From positions 11,406 to 75,405 of the forward strand of contig CALXMA010000002.1 in NCBI GenBank assembly GCA_944389345.1: DNA of 64,000 bases, given 5' to 3'. Both the position numbers and the translations under genes were made by a program. The notes beneath the pieces are model-generated. The model ran no database searches. It was not told the DNA's origin and saw only the letters and a list, made by a program, of their open reading frames with translations. This document shows positions 46,240 through 55,009 of this stretch, piece after piece. The stretch comes from an uncultured Alphaproteobacteria bacterium. GTDB taxonomy: Bacteria > Pseudomonadota > Alphaproteobacteria > Rs-D84. Within the stretch, counting starts at the first letter, position 1. Every line of letters starts with the position of its first letter.

Positions 46240-48279
46240 ATGTCAACACCAGAAAATGAGAATAAAATGCAGATTATTCCGACACTTACCACCAGTCTGG
46301 TTGCGGTGCAAAAGCGTTCGGGGGAAACCGTACCATTTGATTCGAAAAAGATTTTTGATGCAATAAAAAAGGCCGTGGCCGTTACACACGAAATTTCAGA
46401 CGAACAAATTGTCGATATTACGCAGTCTGCCCTGAAAAAGTTAGAGGCCAAGTATGCCGGCCAAACGCCAACGGTTGAAAATGTACAGGAATCTGTTATC
46501 GAATCATTGATGGATGCGCGCGCGTACAAAACCGCAGAAGCATATATTATCTATCGTCAAAAGCGGACAGAAATCCGCGATTCTTATGTTGACGCCGTCG
46601 AAGTAATCGAAGGATATGTCGGTGGTTCTAATTGGCGCATCAAAGAAAATGCAAATATTGGATATTCCATTGGCGGGTTGATTTTGCGTACGTCTGAACG
46701 CGTAACCGCGGAATATTGGTTGAATCTGTATCCGCGTGAAATCGCCGAAGCGCACAAAAACGCATCTATTCACATTCATGACCTGGGGTGGTTGACGGGA
46801 TACTGTGCCGGTTGGTCTTTGCGCGAACTGCTGTACGAAGGATTTAACGGCGTTCCGGGATATTTACAGTGCGAACCCGCCAAGCATATGGCCACCGCAA
46901 TTTCGCATATGGTGAATTTCTTGGGCACATTGCAGAATGAATTTGCCGGCGCCCAGGCGTTTTCGTCCGTCGATACATATCTGGCCCCGTATGTCAGAAT
47001 TGATAATCTGTCATACGCAGATGTGAAAAACGCGATGCAGACATTAATATTCAACTGTGCCGTGCCTTGTCGTTGGGGAACCCAAACACCGTTTATCAAT
47101 TTCACATTTGACTGGACATGCCCAGAAGATTTGAAAAACCAACGTCCGTTCGTCGGTAAAAAACAGGTAGATTTCACGTATGGCGATTTACAGGCGGAAA
47201 TGGACACTATTAATCGTGCATTCTTAGAGGTTATGACCGAAGGCGATGCATTGGGGCGTCCGTTTACGTTTCCCATACCAACATATAACATAACCAAAGA
47301 TTTCCCATGGGAACATCCGAACGTCAAACCGTTGTTTGATTTGGCGGCTAAATACGGTATCCCCAATTTCCAGAATTTCTTGAATTCTGATTTGAACCCG
47401 ACCGATGTGCGTTCTATGTGTTGTCGGTTGCGTCTGGACGTGCGCGAATTGTTAAAGCGCGGTGGCGGATTGTTTGGTTCGGCGGAAAAAACGGGTTCTA
47501 TTGGTGTGGTTACAATCAACCTGGCCCGGTTGGGATACACGCACAAGGGCGACCGCGAAGGATTGTTCCGTGAACTGAAACGCTTGTTAGATTTGGCGCG
47601 TGATTCACTGGAAATCAAGCGTCGCATAATCAGCAAAAATATGGAACGCGGTTTGTATCCATTTACACGTCGGTATTTGGGGAACTGGGATCATCACTTC
47701 TCTACGATTGGCGTGAATGGCGCGAATGAAATGGTGCGTAATTTCACAAATGACCGTGAAAACATCGCGACACCAATGGGTAAAAAGCTGGTTCTGGATT
47801 TGATGGACTTTATACGTGAAAACCTGGCCACGTTCCAAGAACAGACCGGAAACCTGTATAATTTAGAGGCAACCCCGGCCGAAGGTTGTTCGTATCGTTT
47901 CGCAAAAACGGACGTCAAGAATTTCCCGGATATCATAACCGCCGGAACAGCAGACGCACCGTACTATACGAATTCGACACAGTTGCCGGTGAACTATACC
48001 GATGATCCGTTCGTCGCGTTGGAACACCAAGAAGAATTACAGCGCAAATACACGGGTGGAACAATGTTGCATCTGTATATGGGCGAACCTGTATCCAGCG
48101 GAGAGGCCGCAGAAAAAATCGTCCGTACGATTTTCGAAAATTACAAGATTCCATATATGACGTTAACACCGACATTCTCGATTTGTCCGAAACACGGGTA
48201 TCTGCCGGGACGTCATGAATTCTGCCCGAAATGCGACGCGGAAATCGCCGCAAATCAAAACGCAGAATCGGAAAAGTAG
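46240..48279 (+). CDS. nrdD: Anaerobic ribonucleoside-triphosphate reductase (class III), body lacking the glycyl-radical motif
   Basis: It has an N-terminal ATP-cone-like segment (VQKRSGETVPFDSKKIFDAIKKA), class III core motifs and a C-terminal Zn-ribbon remnant (CPKHGY...FCPKCD). It ends at the TAG at 48277-48279, before any RxxGY motif. Confidence 0.9.
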   Translation: MSTPENENKMQIIPTLTTSLVAVQKRSGETVPFDSKKIFDAIKKAVAVTHEISDEQIVDITQSALKKLEAKYAGQTPTVENVQESVIESLMDARAYKTAEAYIIYRQKRTEIRDSYVDAVEVIEGYVGGSNWRIKENANIGYSIGGLILRTSERVTAEYWLNLYPREIAEAHKNASIHIHDLGWLTGYCAGWSLRELLYEGFNGVPGYLQCEPAKHMATAISHMVNFLGTLQNEFAGAQAFSSVDTYLAPYVRIDNLSYADVKNAMQTLIFNCAVPCRWGTQTPFINFTFDWTCPEDLKNQRPFVGKKQVDFTYGDLQAEMDTINRAFLEVMTEGDALGRPFTFPIPTYNITKDFPWEHPNVKPLFDLAAKYGIPNFQNFLNSDLNPTDVRSMCCRLRLDVRELLKRGGGLFGSAEKTGSIGVVTINLARLGYTHKGDREGLFRELKRLLDLARDSLEIKRRIISKNMERGLYPFTRRYLGNWDHHFSTIGVNGANEMVRNFTNDRENIATPMGKKLVLDLMDFIRENLATFQEQTGNLYNLEATPAEGCSYRFAKTDVKNFPDIITAGTADAPYYTNSTQLPVNYTDDPFVALEHQEELQRKYTGGTMLHLYMGEPVSSGEAAEKIVRTIFENYKIPYMTLTPTFSICPKHGYLPGRHEFCPKCDAEIAANQNAESEK

Positions 48280-48321
48280 GCAGTTTTACATAACAAAAAA
48301 ACAGAAAGGGAGGAAAACATT

Positions 48322-48510
48322 ATGGCAGCCACAGAAAATGCACAAAGAACACGTTGTGAAGTATTCTCACGTTCTATGGGCTTTATCAGACCAGTATCTA
48401 ATTTCAATATTGGTAAATATTCTGAATTCTGCGAAAGAAAAACATTCACAGAATCTAACAGTTTGACCGCCGGTCAAAGACACTGTGAATTGATGAAGAA
48501 AGCTGCGTAA
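48322..48510 (+). CDS. Stand-alone NrdD C-terminal glycyl-radical domain (62 aa)
   Basis: The sequence RCEVFSRSMGFIRPVSNFNIGKYSEFCERKTF matches the NrdD radical-site pattern (R..GY...... N.GK..E...R). It is in the same reading frame as nrdD. A GGGAGG SD lies 8 nt upstream of its ATG. Confidence 0.75.
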   Translation: MAATENAQRTRCEVFSRSMGFIRPVSNFNIGKYSEFCERKTFTESNSLTAGQRHCELMKKAA

Positions 48511-48513
48511 GTT

Positions 48514-49215
48514 ATGAGAGATATACAGATAGGTGGGTTGGTTTCATTCACAACAATCGATTACCCAGGAAAATTGGCCGCGGTGCTGTTTCTGGTCGGG
48601 TGTCCGTTGCGCTGTGCGTATTGTTCCAACCCACATCTGTTAAATGTTGGCGACGGCGAATATGACCCAGACAAGGTTTTTGAATGGCTGAAATCACGGG
48701 TCGGAAAATTAGAGGCCGTCGTTTTTTCTGGGGGCGAGGCATTGATGCAAGGCGACGCGTTAATTGACTATATGCGACGCGTACGCGAATTGGGCTTTGC
48801 CATCGGATTACATACAAATGGTTTCTATCCAGATACACTGGCGCGGGTCGCGGACATTGTTGACTGGATAGGACTGGATTACAAGGCCACACGTGCAAAA
48901 TATCCCGAATTGGTCGGTCAAAATATTGCCTATGACCACATGATGCGCAGTTTGGACGTATGGTTGGCCACCGGGAAAGAATTTGAGGTTCGTATTACAT
49001 GCGATCCGCGTTTTGTTTCTAAAATGGACCTGATGGAAATTGCAAACGATTTGCATGCACGTGGCGTTAAAAAATTCGCTGTTCAAAAATATGTACCGCA
49101 TTTCGAAGATTATGAACACGGCACAACGTCCGAACAAAGAAATCAATTTTTTGCAGACGAAAATTTACGCGCGACAATAAATGCGTTGTTTGATTCCGTG
49201 ATTTGGCGCGAATAG
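48514..49215 (+). CDS. nrdG: Anaerobic RNR activating protein (radical SAM)
   Basis: The CPLRCAYCSNP (CxxxCxxC) cluster is present, with GGEAL, and the gene is adjacent to nrdD. Confidence 0.9.
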   Translation: MRDIQIGGLVSFTTIDYPGKLAAVLFLVGCPLRCAYCSNPHLLNVGDGEYDPDKVFEWLKSRVGKLEAVVFSGGEALMQGDALIDYMRRVRELGFAIGLHTNGFYPDTLARVADIVDWIGLDYKATRAKYPELVGQNIAYDHMMRSLDVWLATGKEFEVRITCDPRFVSKMDLMEIANDLHARGVKKFAVQKYVPHFEDYEHGTTSEQRNQFFADENLRATINALFDSVIWRE

Positions 49216-49296
49216 TACGTCATTACATTTTTTCGTATAAAAGCATATTTACTGTTTCTGCACCACATTGCCACGTACGTGGATTTTGATACCAAT

Positions 49297-49869
49297 CTAT
49301 TTATGGTACAGGTGGCACATCGGTTCGTGCGAATTTATCACGCCCGCAGATTGCAGGTACGCGTATACCGTCGTTGTTCCAACAAATCGCATTCCACGCG
49401 CGCGCAAATCATTTGCAATCTTATCCGATACCGCGTTTCGTGTTTCACCGTATTCGTATATAATTTGGCCATTCGTCCATCCCCACAGGTACTTTGAAAA
49501 CGTGCCGAATTCTGCCATTATATTCATAAATACACGCGCGTTATTTACCGTTGCATTTATTTTACGAACATTACGAATTATGCCAGAATCCTTGTACAAC
49601 TGATTTAATTTCGCGTCATCATATTTGACAATCTTGTGCATATCAAAGTTATCAAACGCACGACGAAATGCATCACGTCTGTTCAAAATACATTCCCAAG
49701 ACAGGCCCGCCTGGAACGTTTCCAGCATCAACATTTCAAACAGTTGATTATCATCATATGTCGGGCGCCCCCATTCTGTGTCATGATATTTAACATACGT
49801 CGGATTATTTAACTTAACCCAATGACACCGTGAAATATTATCCGATATAATTGTATTCTTGGTTTTCAT
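49297..49869 (-). CDS. tag: DNA-3-methyladenine glycosylase I
   Basis: Motifs seen are RCHWV...YHDTEWGRP and FEMLMLETFQAGLSW. Confidence 0.9.
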   Translation of the reverse strand: MKTKNTIISDNISRCHWVKLNNPTYVKYHDTEWGRPTYDDNQLFEMLMLETFQAGLSWECILNRRDAFRRAFDNFDMHKIVKYDDAKLNQLYKDSGIIRNVRKINATVNNARVFMNIMAEFGTFSKYLWGWTNGQIIYEYGETRNAVSDKIANDLRARGMRFVGTTTVYAYLQSAGVINSHEPMCHLYHK

Positions 49870-49986
49870 ATCGGTGATAATACCACACCCAACCCACCAC
49901 CGGGCAAGTTTTTTTATTGACTTATTTTTTCATATGGAATAGTCTTTGTTAGGTATCAATACCTATTAAAGTTCTAAGGAGAAACA

Positions 49987-50784
49987 ATGAAAAATAAAAT
50001 CGCAGTATTTATGGCAATGGCAATGTTCGCACCGTCTGCTTTCGCGGTCGAAATTTCGCCGTATGTTGGTTTGGGCATCGTTGTGGACAAGGCCGGCACA
50101 TCCGCCAAGCGGGTTGCGGTTGACGCAACAAAATTCGCCACGAGTGGCGATATGGCATCCGCATTCCAGGCGAACGCCGGGGATGACATGGATTTCGATA
50201 TGGCATTCGCGGGTGAAATTACCGCCGGTGTTAAAATTGACAATGTCCGCGCAGAATTAGAAGTCGCCCTGCGCAGTGCATCCGAAGATGATTACGAGGT
50301 TTATGCAGGAAATTTGCCGATTGAACCTTTAACAGTTCCGGCAGAAATCGAAACATCTACGTCCGTACGTCATAATTCATATTTGGCGAACGTTTGGTAT
50401 GATTTCGAATTGTCAAATTCTAATTGGACACCATATATCGGTGCCGGTGTTGGTTTCGGTGTGTACCATCAAAAGGCAACCGTCGAAATTGACATTGACG
50501 AAGAAATGGTGATGGCGCAGTTGATACCAACATTGGATCAAATGGGACCAGCGGGCCAAGTAATGATGGCACAAATGCAACAAAAATTAGCCAGTGTCGA
50601 AGGCGAAATGGAGGTTGCCAATGATACCCTGTATCGCTTTGAATGGCAGGTTGGTTTAGGCGCAACATACAACTTTAACGAAGATTGGGCGTTGGATATC
50701 GGATACCGCTTTAATTCATCCACCGTGGCCGACGAATTCGTTTATGCGCACGAAATCAAATTGGGTGCACGTTATACTTTCTAA
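49987..50784 (+). CDS. Outer-membrane beta-barrel protein
   Basis: It has the signal peptide MKNKIAVFMAMAMFAPSAFA and a C-terminal ...KLGARYTF. Confidence 0.7.
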   Translation: MKNKIAVFMAMAMFAPSAFAVEISPYVGLGIVVDKAGTSAKRVAVDATKFATSGDMASAFQANAGDDMDFDMAFAGEITAGVKIDNVRAELEVALRSASEDDYEVYAGNLPIEPLTVPAEIETSTSVRHNSYLANVWYDFELSNSNWTPYIGAGVGFGVYHQKATVEIDIDEEMVMAQLIPTLDQMGPAGQVMMAQMQQKLASVEGEMEVANDTLYRFEWQVGLGATYNFNEDWALDIGYRFNSSTVADEFVYAHEIKLGARYTF

Positions 50785-50803
50785 GACAGAAATGTATAAA
50801 AAT

Positions 50804-50835
50804 AAAAAATCCCGCGTCATGCGGGGTTTTTATTT
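50804..50835. terminator. Bidirectional intrinsic terminator
   Basis: The sequence is A6-TCCCGC-GTCAT-GCGGGG-T5. Confidence 0.7.
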
Positions 50836-50860
50836 TGCCTATAAAAATTTATAAAAATTA

Positions 50861-51046
50861 TCAACAATGCCGACTGTATAAAAAATAACCATTGTCGTCA
50901 TACACAAACACAGTGGAATCACGCCGAACACTGACCGAAGACCCCGTAAAATTGTGTAATGTACCAGACCGAGAAAACAGAAAACGACCATCTGTGTCAT
51001 ATACACAAACACTGCCCGCGCGATCAACCGCACAACCGATTGCCAT
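50861..51046 (-). CDS. Small hypothetical protein (61 aa) with an internal VYD..G.FL.SR repeat
   Basis: The ATG at 51046 lies 6 nt after an AGGAG SD. A competing overlapping frame (50839-51033) has no SD. Confidence 0.35.
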   Translation of the reverse strand: MAIGCAVDRAGSVCVYDTDGRFLFSRSGTLHNFTGSSVSVRRDSTVFVYDDNGYFLYSRHC

Positions 51047-51182
51047 GCCCATCTCCTTTTTATTGTTTTTATATTTCTATATAGAATATTATATTATATA
51101 TTTTTATATTTTCAAGTTTTTTTTGAAAAAATACAAAAACATATTATAATATATACAAACAGTTCGCCAAAGGACACGAAAA

Positions 51183-51902
51183 ATGAACAAAATTCAGGCA
51201 CTTGAAATATTTTGCAAATTTGTATTAAACGAAAATTTAATGCCCGCACAGATGGCACGTACTATAAAACTATCAAAAAAATATAGAAACAGTCATTCTG
51301 TAATCGCAAACTTGTTGTTGTATCGTGAAAACGCGGGTGCACATGTTGACGCTGATTTAGTCAACAATATGGACCTGGGGGGATTCGCATACGACGATGC
51401 GTTGGTTCAATGGCTGGGGACAATGGATGGGATATTGCACACCATCGCCGACGACGCGGGCGAACACTTGTTCGACAACAGTGATATGGTCATTGCCAGT
51501 GTAAAGACATTTATAAAAAATTGTGTACTGGTGGCGGACGATATTCGCGATGAATATTTAACCGGACCCAAAACGAACACGCAATATTATTATGATACAC
51601 TGGTTGTGCGCGATATTCGGACACAACGACAGAAAGAATTTGAATTCTATCTGGCACAAAACGCGTATAAAAGCACGACTATTAACGCGTACAAGTCGGC
51701 AATTAACACATTAAGCAAAGAGTTCAAAAATATAATCAATAATACCTATGGATTGTGGGGCGCGACGAATTTGACGAACCTGGCAGAAATGACTGACAAA
51801 TTCACGCACACAGATGCGTTTCACGAACTGGATGAAAAATCGCATAAAACGATGTCAAACGCCCTGAAACGCTATACCGAATTCATGCAAAATAGAGGAT
51901 AA
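51183..51902 (+). CDS. Hypothetical protein (239 aa), first gene of the HNH operon
   Basis: The ORF lies in an AT-rich context, 10 nt upstream of the HNH gene. I recognise no family. Confidence 0.45.
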   Translation: MNKIQALEIFCKFVLNENLMPAQMARTIKLSKKYRNSHSVIANLLLYRENAGAHVDADLVNNMDLGGFAYDDALVQWLGTMDGILHTIADDAGEHLFDNSDMVIASVKTFIKNCVLVADDIRDEYLTGPKTNTQYYYDTLVVRDIRTQRQKEFEFYLAQNAYKSTTINAYKSAINTLSKEFKNIINNTYGLWGATNLTNLAEMTDKFTHTDAFHELDEKSHKTMSNALKRYTEFMQNRG

Positions 51903-51912
51903 GGAATACAAC

Positions 51913-52575
51913 ATGGATACAAAACGTCTGCTGCACAGTATCGGTGCCACCACTTTCATTTTATGCTATGACGTATTCAAAAACAACTATGCCAGTAAAA
52001 CACGTAACGAACTGGCCACAATGTTGCCGGCACGTAATCCGAATTTACGCAGCAACGACCCAAACAATTCTTTGCCCAGAATTGCCAGTTTTGCAATACA
52101 ACTGTTTCGTGATGACGATCCTGTTGCGGCACTGGAACTGTGTACTAAATCAACGCGCCTGAATCCCGAACTGGTCGCAATGGCGCAACAACTGTTAACG
52201 CGAGAAAAATTCTGGGCCAATGTAAAAGACGATTTGAGCCCCATGGACAGCCGCCCTGCCCCAACCCCAATTATAAATGACACATCAACACAAAACCCGG
52301 CACCGGCGCCACGAACACAAATCAGTACATTTGCGTATAAGCGTAATCCAAAAGTTGTCGCCGCGGTATTAAAACGCGCAAACGGTAAATGCGAATGCTG
52401 TGGCGCACCCGCCCCGTTTATACGCCGGGGCGGCCCCATGGACGGCCAACCGTATCTTGAAGTCCATCACAAACAATGGCTGGTCGAAGGCGGTCCCGAC
52501 ACCGTCAATAATGCCGTTGCGCTGTGTCCCAATTGCCACTGTAACGAACACCACGGCGATCGCCATTATTTCTGA
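51913..52575 (+). CDS. McrA-type HNH endonuclease with an unassigned N-terminal domain
   Basis: The C-terminus FAYKRNPKVVAAVLKRANGKCECCGAPAPFIRRGGPMDGQPYLEVHHKQWLVEGGPDTVNNAVALCPNCHCNEHHG matches the HNH restriction-type pattern. Confidence 0.75.
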   Translation: MDTKRLLHSIGATTFILCYDVFKNNYASKTRNELATMLPARNPNLRSNDPNNSLPRIASFAIQLFRDDDPVAALELCTKSTRLNPELVAMAQQLLTREKFWANVKDDLSPMDSRPAPTPIINDTSTQNPAPAPRTQISTFAYKRNPKVVAAVLKRANGKCECCGAPAPFIRRGGPMDGQPYLEVHHKQWLVEGGPDTVNNAVALCPNCHCNEHHGDRHYF

Positions 52576-53072
52576 TGGCGCGCGGCGTATGTTCGTCTAT
52601 GCCATGGCGTGGGCCAAATCGTTCATTAACAATATTATCAGCATGCCAAGAATGCACGTCACTGGAACCCTGAAAATAGAATCTATATCAACAAACATTT
52701 CTCTCTTCCTTATCAAACGACAACCCATAGGTGTTTATTCACACTTTAACACGCATTACGTTAACAAACAACACAAAAATTAAAAAATACGCAAAAATTC
52801 AATAAAGCAAACAATTAATACTTGATTTTATCGTTTATATCGCGCAACAGTACACATATACTATAAGTTGTTAAAAGATAAAATATACCGTAATACTATA
52901 TAACCCGACCATACGTTTTATATTTTTCTGGTAATTGATTAATTGTATCTATTTCATAATTGCATTTATAAAAAATATATGTAAAATACTAAGGCTGTTT
53001 GTAGTTGACATGCAGGCATTCCAAAACGATACGACAATATGTCAGATGCGTTTTGGGATTGCCAACAGCAGT

Positions 53073-53111
53073 TTTGGATGGGTGGCAGAGCGGTCGATTG
53101 CGACGGTCTTG
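53073..53111 (+). repeat. Orphan copy of the tRNA-Ser 5' half (through anticodon position 35)
   Basis: The 39-nt sequence TTTGGATGGGTGGCAGAGCGGTCGATTGCGACGGTCTTG is identical to 53226-53264. It diverges after the UG of the UGA anticodon. Confidence 0.85.
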
Positions 53112-53228
53112 CATACGAGTCAGCAAGACAAGCGTAGCGCTGTCGAGCGTGAACGAGTGGTGAACAGCACCGCCAGGTGCGAACAGTGAACAAAACCGTA
53201 GGTTTGAAAGACCGGCGGCAAAAGGTTT

Positions 53229-53318
53229 GGATGGGTGGCAGAGCGGTCGATTGCGACGGTCTTGAAAACCGTTGTGGGGGCAACCCCACCGGGGGTTCGA
53301 ATCCCTCCCCATCCGCCA
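53229..53318 (+). tRNA. tRNA-Ser (UGA), CCA encoded
   Basis: It has acceptor GGATGGG/CCCATCC, anticodon loop CUUGAAA, a long variable arm (GTGGGGGCAACCCCAC) and T-loop TTCGAAT. Confidence 0.9.
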
Positions 53319-53327
53319 GGAATATGA

Positions 53328-53410
53328 CACATCCCGTGGTAATCACACGGGATGTTATTTTTCGCCCCGTTTCCGCCGTTTTTTATTGCCCGCCGCGTGC
53401 GCGGTTTTTT
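53328..53410 (+). terminator. Stacked intrinsic terminators after tRNA-Ser
   Basis: ACATCCCGTG...CACGGGATGT is followed by a T run. A T-rich segment follows, and then CCGCG-TG-CGCGG is followed by T8. Confidence 0.6.
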
Positions 53411-53433
53411 TTATTTACAAAAAGGAATCATAA

Positions 53434-54561
53434 ATGAAAACACCACAATTTTTGCGGCAACTTATGTCGTCATCCGAATATATGGATAAAAACAGCAAGG
53501 TGTATGCCATGGCGGAAAAATACCTGAATTTGCTGTATCCTGGCGCGGCACAACTTGACGCCACCGGTCGCATGACCGAACCCGAATACGATATGACATT
53601 AGAGCAATTTCGTATGGCCCAAAAGGCATTAGAGTCTGCGCTAGAAGAAGCAAAGCAAGAAGCTGAAGCGGAATATGAAGAAACCGGTCGCCAGATAGAT
53701 GTTGAAGACGATGTAGAATTAGAAGAAACCATAGATGTTCGCGTTCTTATGCCGTTGGGTACAATAGAAAATAAACAGCTAGAGGTTTATACCCTTGATC
53801 TGCCAGAAGACGATGATGATACGCCAAATAACAAAACGCGGCGCGTGTGGCGTTGGCACAGTGAGGATGGCGATAACACCTGTGATGAATGTGCATCGCG
53901 CGATGGCGAGATATATGACAGCGAAGAAGATATCCCGGAAATCCCGGTACACCCGAATTGTCGCTGTACAATAACAGAGGATGTAATAGGTCCAGATGGG
54001 CGCACACTAAGCAGTAAACCGTATTCGCCAAAGAAGTCAACAATTGTGACCGAAAAAGCGACCAATACACCAGCAGAAAAAGCAACCTTTGAAAAGCCGG
54101 TTAATACTAAACCCGGTTACTATGCAGTATTTGATGGCAAGAGATTTACATTGTATATAGATAATAAACCGGTAATCTCATGGGAAGCGGTGTCCGGTCG
54201 TTCCGGTTACCAAAGCCCAGAATATCAAGACCAGAAATCCACAGGTCCAATCCCAGAAGGAACGTATGTTGCAAGACAGGAAAAACTACAGTTTATGTCT
54301 GCTACAGATTGGCTTGTTGGCTGGACGACTAAAGTTACTGATAGGGGTGCTTGGCCCGGGTCTTCAATGTCTTGGGGAAGCTCGCGTGTCTGGTTAGAAC
54401 CAGCAAAAGAAACCAATACCTATGGTCGTGATAATTTCAGCATTCATGGCGGCTGGGCGCCTGGGTCTGCCGGTTGCATTGATATGACAAGTAATATTAA
54501 AAATTTTGTTGCGCTATTCGAATTTGTCGGTAAAGATTTAATTGTAGAGGTAAAATATTAG
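53434..54561 (+). CDS. Polymorphic toxin: MuF/SPP1-gp7-type motif fused to a Tlde1-like (DUF2778, L,D-transpeptidase-fold) toxin domain
   Basis: Residues 136-179 read RRVWRWHSEDGDNTCDECASRDGEIY...IPVHPNCRC, the Phage_Mu_F signature. Residues 228-375 read AVSGRSGY...STGPIPEGTYV...WLEP...GRDNFSIHGGWAPGSAGCID, which contains the His ... S-x-G-C catalytic pattern of Tlde1/YkuD-like enzymes. Confidence 0.7.
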   Translation: MKTPQFLRQLMSSSEYMDKNSKVYAMAEKYLNLLYPGAAQLDATGRMTEPEYDMTLEQFRMAQKALESALEEAKQEAEAEYEETGRQIDVEDDVELEETIDVRVLMPLGTIENKQLEVYTLDLPEDDDDTPNNKTRRVWRWHSEDGDNTCDECASRDGEIYDSEEDIPEIPVHPNCRCTITEDVIGPDGRTLSSKPYSPKKSTIVTEKATNTPAEKATFEKPVNTKPGYYAVFDGKRFTLYIDNKPVISWEAVSGRSGYQSPEYQDQKSTGPIPEGTYVARQEKLQFMSATDWLVGWTTKVTDRGAWPGSSMSWGSSRVWLEPAKETNTYGRDNFSIHGGWAPGSAGCIDMTSNIKNFVALFEFVGKDLIVEVKY

Positions 54562-54574
54562 GGACTAATGTAAC

Positions 54575-54913
54575 ATGAAAATAAATTGGCAAAAAACCAT
54601 GTATTGCAATGCTGTGATTCTGTGGGGGGCATTGTTTGCGTTTTTGATTGATTTATCGGCAATGGGACGTATTGCAAAATACGATGAAGTATGGTGGTAC
54701 TTTTGTAGTGATTTATCTGAAAAATCACGATATTTATGCATGGCTAACTATGATGTTGTCAGTATTATATGTGTATTGGCAGGACTCGTGTTTCTTACAT
54801 ATAAACTAGTCCCTGTATATAAAACACGATTGTTATGGATGCCATTAGCAGGATTATTTATAGGGATTTTTGTCTGGCCGATAATTCAATCGCTATTATA
54901 TTGGTTAATGTAA
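54575..54913 (+). CDS. Multi-pass membrane protein, candidate immunity protein
   Basis: It is a 112-aa protein with 3-4 hydrophobic helices. It starts 13 nt after the toxin's stop codon on the same strand. Confidence 0.45.
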   Translation: MKINWQKTMYCNAVILWGALFAFLIDLSAMGRIAKYDEVWWYFCSDLSEKSRYLCMANYDVVSIICVLAGLVFLTYKLVPVYKTRLLWMPLAGLFIGIFVWPIIQSLLYWLM

Positions 54914-55009
54914 AATATAATTGATGAAGAAGTATTTTGATTTTATTGGCAGTGTTGTATGTCTGGCTTTGTTCTTGTTTTTTTATACGATGATAACCAA
55001 ATGGTCAGT

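Noticed and set aside
46776-47636. A 286-aa minus-strand ORF inside nrdD, with similar long antisense ORFs inside parC, priA and the GT4 gene (57221-57775).
   Set aside because: Each lies entirely within a confidently identified gene on the opposite strand, and none has a recognisable motif.
48277-48279. The in-frame TAG in nrdD, considered as pyrrolysine or a reassigned sense codon.
   Set aside because: TAG clearly terminates several well-conserved genes in this window (dnaB, lpxI, rpmG), and no pyl genes are seen. Genome-wide recoding is therefore unlikely.
52966-53346. Three overlapping minus-strand ORFs (70-126 aa) across the tRNA-Ser region.
   Set aside because: They overlap a bona fide tRNA gene and its partial duplicate. 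Their internally repeated peptides simply reflect the duplicated tRNA sequence.
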